Shown here piece by piece: positions 7,865-15,447 of a DNA stretch of 64,000 nucleotides. The stretch is from Candidatus Nomurabacteria bacterium (GTDB lineage Bacteria > Patescibacteriota > Minisyncoccia > Phycocordibacterales > UBA9973). A program made the translations under genes and the position numbers. The DNA is taken from positions 17,496-81,495 of the forward strand of contig CAWHSF010000002.1 in the NCBI GenBank assembly GCA_963832025.1. Reading direction: 5' to 3'. The notes beneath the pieces were generated by a model. The model saw nothing but the letters and a program-made list of their open reading frames with translations, was not told the origin of the DNA and made no database searches. The stretch's first letter is position 1; each line of letters begins with the position of its first letter.

Positions 7865-9704
7865 CAGCTCGCATCATTTTTAGGAACACATCTTGTGAGA
7901 TATTTACTTTGCCACGCTCTTTCATCTTCTTTTTTCCTTTTTTCTGTTTCTCGCGAAGTTTCATTTTTCGAGTAATATCCCCGCCATACATGTGTTGAGT
8001 CACATCTTTTTTCATACCACTTTTTGTGCTGGAAGAAATGATGCGTCCAAGGGCGCGACCTTGAATTTTCAAAGTAAACATTTGCCTAGGCAACAAGCTG
8101 TCCAATTTTTCTACGGCTTTTTCTGCTTCGGTTTCAGCTCTTTTTCTAGAGACAACCCTGGAAAAAGCTGGCACAACTTCATCCGCCACAAGTAAATCAA
8201 GTCTGGTCACATCTGCTTTGCGCATTTCTCCAACTTCATAAGAGATGGAAGCGTAGCCGGAAGAAGTGCTTTTAAGTTCGTCGAAGAAATTGCGCATCAG
8301 CTCACGAAGAGGCATTTTGATGGAAATGGTAGAACGGTTATCCCCGAAATTTTCTGTATCCCCCACCTCCCCTTCGTGGTCAAATAAGAGTTGCATAATA
8401 TTACCGACATATTCCACTGGAGTAATAATTTTTAAATTTACCCAAGGTTCAAAAACAGTTTCTATCAATCCATCGTCTGGAAAAAAATAAGGGGAATAAA
8501 TTTTTTCCTTCTTTCCGTTCTTTAACGTTACCTCGTAAGTGATGGATGGAGTGGTGATAACTAAGTCTAAATTAAATTCTCTTTTCAGTCTTTCGGTAAT
8601 AATTTCCAAATGAAGCATTCCTAAAAAGCCACAACGAAAACCGCGCCCCAGCGAACCACTCGATTCTTCTTCGTAAGAAAAAGCCGAATCAGAAAGTTTC
8701 AACTTACCCAAGGAAAGTTTTAATTCGGCAAAATCATCCGCATTCTCCGGAAAAACTGAAGCCCACACCACGGGCAAAGGTTGCATATAACCCGGAAAGG
8801 GCGGCAACGGATTTTTAGACATAGTGATTGTGTCACCGACTGAAGCAATGCCCGGTTTTTTTATACCCGTCACGATATAACCAGTGTCTCCGGCAGAAAG
8901 AAAATCTCTCGGCGTTTCTTCCGGAGAAAAAGTGCCAACTTCGAGAGCGGTAAATTTTTCACCGGAAACGCAAAAAAGCAAATTGTCACCTTTGCCAACT
9001 TTACCGTCAAAAATTCTCACAAAAACTATTACCCCCCGATGGTTGGAATATTTAAAATCAAAAACCAGAGCGCGCAAGTCATTTTCCCCCTCATAGGTTT
9101 CTTGCGGTGCCGGAATACGTTTGATAATTTCTTCTAAAAGGTTCGATACTCCTTCACCCGTACGTCCGGAAACCAACAAAATTTCACTAGGGTCACAATT
9201 TAAAAGTTCAACAACTTCCTCTTTTACTTCAGACACGCGAGCAAGTGGTGAATCAATTTTGGATAACACCGGAATTATTTTTAACCCTCCTGCGCGCGCC
9301 ATAGAGAGTGTCGTAAGGGTTTGCGCTTGTACTCCTTGCGTAGAATCCACAAGCAAAATGGAACCTTCTACAGCTTTTAGAGCGCGAGATACTTCATAAG
9401 AGAAATCTATATGCCCCGGAGTGTCAATGAGATTTAAAACAAATACCTCACCCGGCCTTTGGCCACCCTCTCCTTGCCAAGGAGAGGGGTTGGGGGTGAG
9501 GTCGGATTTGTATTCCATTCTTACGGGTTGCATTTTAATTGTGATTCCTCTCTCGCGCTCAATATCCATGGAATCCAAAACCTGGTCACGCATCTTGCGT
9601 GTCTCAATCGTGTGAGTAATTTCTAGCATTCTGTCAGCCAAGGTACTTTTGCCGTGGTCAATGTGCGCAATAATACTAAAGTTTCTTATATTTTCTAATT
9701 TCAT
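7854..9704 (-). CDS. lepA: Translation elongation factor 4 (LepA)
   Basis: 616 aa with AHIDHGKST and DTPGHIDF GTPase motifs, full-length LepA architecture and a basic C-terminal tail. Confidence 0.93.
   Translation of the reverse strand: MKLENIRNFSIIAHIDHGKSTLADRMLEITHTIETRKMRDQVLDSMDIERERGITIKMQPVRMEYKSDLTPNPSPWQGEGGQRPGEVFVLNLIDTPGHIDFSYEVSRALKAVEGSILLVDSTQGVQAQTLTTLSMARAGGLKIIPVLSKIDSPLARVSEVKEEVVELLNCDPSEILLVSGRTGEGVSNLLEEIIKRIPAPQETYEGENDLRALVFDFKYSNHRGVIVFVRIFDGKVGKGDNLLFCVSGEKFTALEVGTFSPEETPRDFLSAGDTGYIVTGIKKPGIASVGDTITMSKNPLPPFPGYMQPLPVVWASVFPENADDFAELKLSLGKLKLSDSAFSYEEESSGSLGRGFRCGFLGMLHLEIITERLKREFNLDLVITTPSITYEVTLKNGKKEKIYSPYFFPDDGLIETVFEPWVNLKIITPVEYVGNIMQLLFDHEGEVGDTENFGDNRSTISIKMPLRELMRNFFDELKSTSSGYASISYEVGEMRKADVTRLDLLVADEVVPAFSRVVSRKRAETEAEKAVEKLDSLLPRQMFTLKIQGRALGRIISSSTKSGMKKDVTQHMYGGDITRKMKLREKQKKGKKKMKERGKVNISQDVFLKMMRAGEK
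9446..9501. repeat. CCTCACCC...GGGGTGAGG palindromic element inserted in-frame in lepA
   Basis: CCTCACCCGGCCTTTGGCCACCCTCTCCTTGCCAAGGAGAGGGGTTGGGGGTGAGG encodes LTPNPSPWQGEGGQRPGE just before the DTPGH motif. A sibling copy lies at 32011-32077. Confidence 0.85.
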
Positions 9705-9720
9705 AAAAATTTCTAATGCC

Positions 9721-9752
9721 TATCCCGTAGTGAATTTATTCTACTACTGGGA
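9721..9752. repeat. ATCCCGTAGTGA/CTACTACTGGGA hairpin repeat (short form), intergenic
   Basis: TATCCCGTAGTGAATTTATTCTACTACTGGGA lies between lepA and the ABC transporter gene. Confidence 0.8.
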
Positions 9753-9772
9753 TGTTTTAAATCCATAAAATT

Positions 9773-11563
9773 TTAACTTTCTTCTTCGTTCTCATTTTCA
9801 TCTTCCTCATTGAATTGTAAAGAATGTAAACGAGCATAGGTTTCACTAGAATTTAATAACTCGGTGTGTGTGCCAATTGCTTCTATTTTCCCTTGATTGA
9901 ATACTATAATTTTATCTGCGTGAATAACAGTAGAAAGTCTATGTGCGATAATAAGCGAGGTACGATTTTTTATTAAAGCATCCGTGGCACGAGTGATAAG
10001 TTGCTCACTTTCAGTATCAAGATGACTAGTGGCCTCATCTAAAATCAAAATTTTTGGATCACGTAAGATAGCACGAGCAATACCAATACGTTGACGCTCG
10101 CCTCCAGAAAGCTTTACCCCTCTTTCTCCAACAATAGTATTATAACCATTTTCAAGTTTTAAAATAAAATCATGAGCTAAAGCTGTTTTTGCAGCATTTT
10201 CAATTTGTTCTTGCGAAACATTTTCACTACCATAAGCAATATTTTGAGCAACAGTCCTAGAGAACAAATCTACCTCTTGAGGAACAACTGCTATTTGGTT
10301 ACGTAAACTAACTTGCGTAACTGTCTTTATGTCAACACCATCCACAAGTATACTCCCTGACTGTGGATCATAGGAACGCAATAACAAGTTTATGAATGTG
10401 GTTTTTCCACCTCCAGACCTGCCAACCAAGGCATATTTAGAACCCGAAGGAATAATAACATTGATATCCTTTAAGGCATACTGATTGTCATCGCGATAAG
10501 AAAATGAAACATTTTTAAATTCAATTTGTTTTTTGAGAGTGTCTAGTACAGAAGCATCTGGCATATCAACTAAATTAAATGGTTCATCGAGAAGAGTATA
10601 CAAACGATCCACTCGTGTCATATTTCTCCTCAAGCGAGTAAAGAGCGAGCCTATATTCGCCAGTGGCTGATAAGCCATGTTCTGTAAAGTAACATACAAA
10701 ACAAACTGACCGATAGTTGCAGAACCTTGTAAAACAAACCAAGCGGAAAGCCCTAAAACCGCAACTCGACCAGTTGTAGATATGACTGACTGTATGTTTT
10801 CAACATGCTCCCAAAGACGCTCAGCTTCATATTGAATGACTCGTGCACTATCCATCATTTTGTAGTTATTTCGTGTTTCTGTTTCTTCTTGAGAAAATTT
10901 TTTTACAGTTAAGACATTTCCAGCTACGTCATACATTTCTTTGGAAACACCCTCAAACGCATCGTTGGATTGTTGTTCAATTAGATATATCTGATTAGCT
11001 ATACGACGAGTAGCTAAAATATAAATAGGAAATGGAATAAGAATTGCTAATGCTATCCAAACATTTGAATACAGAAGAGCAAAGAAGGCACCTATGAAAA
11101 TTAAAATGGGTGGAATAAAATTCTGCCCGACAATGTCATAAATTATGTTGTATAAAGAAGAAGCACCTCTTTCAATGCGTCCAATAATTTGTCCACTAGA
11201 TGCGCCATGATGAAACAATGCGTGAAGGCGCATATATTTTTCAAACGCCTTACTTCTTATATCATCCTCAATTTTAGTTGTTACTTTGAAAAGATTATAA
11301 TTGTAATTAGATTGCAACATGTTACCTAAAAGAGTAATAATCAAAATTCCTAAGGAACAATATATCAAGGTACCCAGAGGTAAAACTCCACGGTTTTTTA
11401 TAAAATTAGTCAATGAATCAATAAGAATTTTTGAGATAAAAGGCACAGCAATACTGGCTAACTGAGAGGCACCGATAAGAATAAACAAAAAAACAATCGT
11501 TTTTTTGCGATCCTTAAATAACGAAGCAACGCGCCTTAGTGTCGAAGATTTTTTATCTGACAT
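9773..11563 (-). CDS. ABC transporter, fused permease/ATPase (MsbA/exporter type)
   Basis: 596 aa with an N-terminal six-TM region, Walker A GRSGGGKTT, signature LSGGERQR and Walker B ILILDEATSHLD. Confidence 0.88.
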   Translation of the reverse strand: MSDKKSSTLRRVASLFKDRKKTIVFLFILIGASQLASIAVPFISKILIDSLTNFIKNRGVLPLGTLIYCSLGILIITLLGNMLQSNYNYNLFKVTTKIEDDIRSKAFEKYMRLHALFHHGASSGQIIGRIERGASSLYNIIYDIVGQNFIPPILIFIGAFFALLYSNVWIALAILIPFPIYILATRRIANQIYLIEQQSNDAFEGVSKEMYDVAGNVLTVKKFSQEETETRNNYKMMDSARVIQYEAERLWEHVENIQSVISTTGRVAVLGLSAWFVLQGSATIGQFVLYVTLQNMAYQPLANIGSLFTRLRRNMTRVDRLYTLLDEPFNLVDMPDASVLDTLKKQIEFKNVSFSYRDDNQYALKDINVIIPSGSKYALVGRSGGGKTTFINLLLRSYDPQSGSILVDGVDIKTVTQVSLRNQIAVVPQEVDLFSRTVAQNIAYGSENVSQEQIENAAKTALAHDFILKLENGYNTIVGERGVKLSGGERQRIGIARAILRDPKILILDEATSHLDTESEQLITRATDALIKNRTSLIIAHRLSTVIHADKIIVFNQGKIEAIGTHTELLNSSETYARLHSLQFNEEDENENEEES

Positions 11564-11599
11564 AAACTTAATTTGATTCTACCAAAAAAAGGGTATATT

Positions 11600-13279
11600 T
11601 TAAAGCTCTTCCTGAGATTCAGAGATAACTTTCGCACGCCAGAATTTAGTGCTGAGTGTTTTTGTTAGGTCTTTCAGTTCTTCGTTTTTAAGCAGATATA
11701 GGACAACAATAGCGGCTATGATGCCCAGAATTCCGGAAATTAAGCCTTGTAAAAAAATACCTGTAAACCGAGTCGTACCAAAAATTGGCGAAAGAACATT
11801 CAAGCTCAAGTAAGAAACTAGTCCAAGAAAAAAAGATGCGCCCAAGCTTTGGAAAAATGTCTTCGCAATATACTGCTCTCCCGGCATAAAATCTATTTTT
11901 ACAAAAATCCAATGTAGGACAAAATTGAGAGTGGTCCCCAGAGCATAAGCAAGTGGCAACATCAACACTTCTGTCCCCGGAATATCGTTCACTTTCAAAA
12001 GTGATTCAATAAAATATCGAAACATTAAATCATTTTCAAAAATTTTCATAAACACATAAGCAAAAACTATAATCAAAACTGAACAAATAAAATTTAAGAT
12101 TAATGGACGTGTAGTTTCCCCTTTCGCGTAATAAGCCCGAGAAACAAGTGAAATCATTCCTTGTCCTAAAACAGAAACAGAGAAGATCGCCAGACAAGCG
12201 GCAGCTAGACGAGTATCATTCCAAGAAAATGATCCGGAACCCAAAACCACACGGACAATTTGCGCCCGTAGAACAATAAAAAGAAAAGTTGCTGGAATAG
12301 ACCAAAAAACTATCGCTCTGGATGCAGATGTCAAATGTTCTTTAAATTTTTCATGTTTGCCCTCACCTATCGCTCGCGCCATGGTCGGAAAAGCAGCGAC
12401 GGCGTAAGAAACACCCACGATGGCGGCAGGAACCGACTGTAAATTGAAAGAAAAATTAAAAATAGAAATAGAGCCTGCAGTTAAAAATGAGGCAAAGGAT
12501 GTCATACCGATTTCCGCTACATTATTGAAAGCAAGCCCAAGCGTCCTCGGAAGCGAAGTGAGCGCCACTTTCCTTATTTCCTTAAAATTAATATTGAAGG
12601 AAAATTTCGGAGAAAAACCGCAATAATGCGAAGCGACAGCTTGAATGCCAAAATGCACCAAGGCTCCAAGGATAACACCATAAACCAAACCGGAAATACC
12701 GAAAATAGGATACAAAAATACGGCGCCGATGATAATTCCCACATTATAAAAAATTGGGCTCAGGGAAAAAATAAAAAATCTCTGGAAAAGCTGCGTAATC
12801 GTACCGAATAAATTTGAAAGACCAAGCAAAATAGGAGAAAGAAGCATTATTCTGGCAAGTAACACAACTTTAGCCTGATAATATGGCGTAAAACCCGGAG
12901 CGATAAAAAATACCAAATGAGGCATCAGGAAAAAAAGTATCACGGCAACCACCGCCATAACTCCAAAAAAAACGGTGAATACATCACCCAAAAATTTTTC
13001 AGCTTCTTTGGTCACTTTCCCGTTTGACATTTTAGCTGAAATAAAAGGAATCAAAACGGTAATTGAAGCAAGTGAAGCGATGCAAACAAAAATAAGATCC
13101 GGCACGCGAAAGGCCGCATAATATGCATCGAGTTGAGGTGAAGGTCCGATAAAATGAGCAATTGACCTGTCGCGAAACAGCGCCAATACTTGAGAAAGTA
13201 ACGTCAAACAACCCAAAAGTAATGCAGCTTGATTTACACTTCCAGATTCTTTAGTAAAAATTCGTAGAATCTTCTCCAT
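11600..13279 (-). CDS. murJ: Lipid II flippase MurJ
   Basis: 559-aa polytopic membrane protein. The N-terminus (LSQVLALFRDRSIAHFIG) and overall MVF/MOP architecture are typical of MurJ. Confidence 0.8.
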   Translation of the reverse strand: MEKILRIFTKESGSVNQAALLLGCLTLLSQVLALFRDRSIAHFIGPSPQLDAYYAAFRVPDLIFVCIASLASITVLIPFISAKMSNGKVTKEAEKFLGDVFTVFFGVMAVVAVILFFLMPHLVFFIAPGFTPYYQAKVVLLARIMLLSPILLGLSNLFGTITQLFQRFFIFSLSPIFYNVGIIIGAVFLYPIFGISGLVYGVILGALVHFGIQAVASHYCGFSPKFSFNINFKEIRKVALTSLPRTLGLAFNNVAEIGMTSFASFLTAGSISIFNFSFNLQSVPAAIVGVSYAVAAFPTMARAIGEGKHEKFKEHLTSASRAIVFWSIPATFLFIVLRAQIVRVVLGSGSFSWNDTRLAAACLAIFSVSVLGQGMISLVSRAYYAKGETTRPLILNFICSVLIIVFAYVFMKIFENDLMFRYFIESLLKVNDIPGTEVLMLPLAYALGTTLNFVLHWIFVKIDFMPGEQYIAKTFFQSLGASFFLGLVSYLSLNVLSPIFGTTRFTGIFLQGLISGILGIIAAIVVLYLLKNEELKDLTKTLSTKFWRAKVISESQEEL

Positions 13280-13290
13280 TCTTTATATTC

Positions 13291-15402
13291 CTATTTTTTA
13301 GTAGTGGTCGTAGGAGTAGTTGAAGTTGTGTTAGTAGAAGATGTTTTTGTTGAAGTAGAAGTAGAGCTAGAGCCATTTAGAGAATTTACGTACTGGGTTA
13401 TGTTGGGATCATTAGGAGATAGAGATAAAGCTTCTTGTGCGTAAGTAAGGGCTTGGCTATTATTTCCCTCACTCTGATATATTCTTGAAAGAGTAACTAA
13501 AGCATCGACATATTCTGGATTTAAAGCAAGAGCTTGGTTGGCGTAAGTTATCGCATCTGGTGTATCTCCATTAGCGAAGGAAACAGTGGCAAGAGAAAGT
13601 TTTAAACCTGGATTTAATGGATTTAAGCTGGAAGCAGTTTGATAAGCCGTGATTGCATTACCATATACATTTTTAGCTCCGAGATTCCCCACCGTTTGAT
13701 ATACTGACCCCAGCAACTGAAAATTAAGATAATTCTGAGAATCATACGCTGTAGCGGATTGCGCACTCTCTATTGCTTTTGAGAAGCTATCTTGTAATGA
13801 AGTTTTATCTGTATCAGACAACGACGCACCTTTACTGGCGATAGAATTCAACTTAACTAAATATACCTGTGCAGCAGTACGGAAATATAAATCATTTGGA
13901 TATAAAGATATGGCCTTATTGATTGAGTTTTCTGCTACGGGTTCTGTCGAAGCAGATACAGCTTGTCCAAAATAAGAAACGGAAACAAAACGCTCTATAT
14001 ATTTAAAAGCGATTGCTACCGAAAGCACCACAAGAAGAATAAGTAAAAGAATGGAGAAAAAACTTTTTCTATGATCGTTTAAAAACGACATGGATATCTC
14101 TTTGTTCGAGCTGGCCGTCGCGAGTCCTATAAAGACTCCGGTAAAGGCAAGTGCCAGTAAAAACACGACGACTCCGGTAAAGTAGAAAAAGGAAGAAATA
14201 AATAAATAAAGAGATAATATAAAGAATGCCATCATCTCCCAATTGATTCCGTGTTTAATACTGGAGAATACTGATTTAACTCCAATAATCAAGAACAAAA
14301 TAAAGAAAAGTGCCCAGGCAAGAATACCCAAGATGCCCGTGGTAGCTGTAAAAGTAGTTAATAATCCTGCACCCGAGTCAAAAGAAGTATCCCAAAACTG
14401 GGTATTGTTTACAATAGCTGGTTTATACATTGACCAAGCCTCTCCAAACATATTTGGACCAAGACCAAAGATGGGATGTTTTGAAAGGACTCCTTTAGTG
14501 ATGGTCATTGTAGCAGAAAAAGAAGGACCGACTTCAGTGTTTGATATCTGTAACTTGCTTGGAATAAAACTACCAACCAATTGCCCTGATATAAAGAATA
14601 AAACCGCGACTAGCATTACCACAAAGGAAGTTAGAGGGAAATGTTTTTTGTCTTTTTCTTCTGCTTCCTCATGCCTATCTAGAGTAATAGAAACTTTATA
14701 AACGAAAATTATCAAACTGGAAATGCCAATAAGTATCCAAACCAGTGGAAAATTTACCGCTGCCGCCAATAAAACTGAGAGTAAAATAAATATCTGAAGT
14801 AATATTTTTTCCATCTTGGAAATCGGAAAAAATTCAATAACCAAAAGGAACATCAAACTAGCAAACCCGGCAAACACCCCTAAGGCATTCCAAGATCCAA
14901 TAATATTACCAGTTTTGCCACTCAAAACTCCCAAAGATAAAGCATTAGGGAAAAATATATGGACTGCTTGAAATATTAATACGAGGGCTGAAGATAAAAT
15001 GGATCCGAGTAAAACTGTCTTTGCTTGTTTAGGAGTTCGAAAAGTAGTCGCGCACATAAAGAGAAACAGAAACCCCACGAAAATAAACCAGAAACTGCGG
15101 ATATCAAATATCGTCCCAAATAAAGATGTTTCAGGGCTTGCAGAAAAAAGCGCGGAGATCAAAAAAACCAGGGAGATAAGAAAGCCTGCGCCGATTAATT
15201 TTGATTTAGGGAAAACAATTTTTCCATCAACGAATCTGGCAATTGCCCAAAAAACTACACAAGCTGTCAACCCCAAAACCAAAAGCAAACCTTTTGCAGT
15301 TTCAACCGGCAAATTAGTAAAAGGTAAACAAAACAGAGGTAACAAAATTATAACTAGGAATAATGATAAAAACGAAAGTCTATCAAAAATACTTGTACGC
15401 AT
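13291..15402 (-). CDS. O-antigen ligase (Wzy_C)-like polytopic membrane protein fused to C-terminal TPR repeats and a Ser/Thr-rich tail
   Basis: 703 aa with about 12 TM helices, then TPR-like repeats (AISLYPNDLY..., ALALNPEYVDA..., ALSLSPNDPN) and a tail SSSTSTSTKTSSTNTTSTTPTTTTKK. Confidence 0.7.
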   Translation of the reverse strand: MRTSIFDRLSFLSLFLVIILLPLFCLPFTNLPVETAKGLLLVLGLTACVVFWAIARFVDGKIVFPKSKLIGAGFLISLVFLISALFSASPETSLFGTIFDIRSFWFIFVGFLFLFMCATTFRTPKQAKTVLLGSILSSALVLIFQAVHIFFPNALSLGVLSGKTGNIIGSWNALGVFAGFASLMFLLVIEFFPISKMEKILLQIFILLSVLLAAAVNFPLVWILIGISSLIIFVYKVSITLDRHEEAEEKDKKHFPLTSFVVMLVAVLFFISGQLVGSFIPSKLQISNTEVGPSFSATMTITKGVLSKHPIFGLGPNMFGEAWSMYKPAIVNNTQFWDTSFDSGAGLLTTFTATTGILGILAWALFFILFLIIGVKSVFSSIKHGINWEMMAFFILSLYLFISSFFYFTGVVVFLLALAFTGVFIGLATASSNKEISMSFLNDHRKSFFSILLLILLVVLSVAIAFKYIERFVSVSYFGQAVSASTEPVAENSINKAISLYPNDLYFRTAAQVYLVKLNSIASKGASLSDTDKTSLQDSFSKAIESAQSATAYDSQNYLNFQLLGSVYQTVGNLGAKNVYGNAITAYQTASSLNPLNPGLKLSLATVSFANGDTPDAITYANQALALNPEYVDALVTLSRIYQSEGNNSQALTYAQEALSLSPNDPNITQYVNSLNGSSSTSTSTKTSSTNTTSTTPTTTTKK

Positions 15403-15447
15403 GGATTGTATTATACTATATGCTGATAATGGAATGCAATGGAAAAA

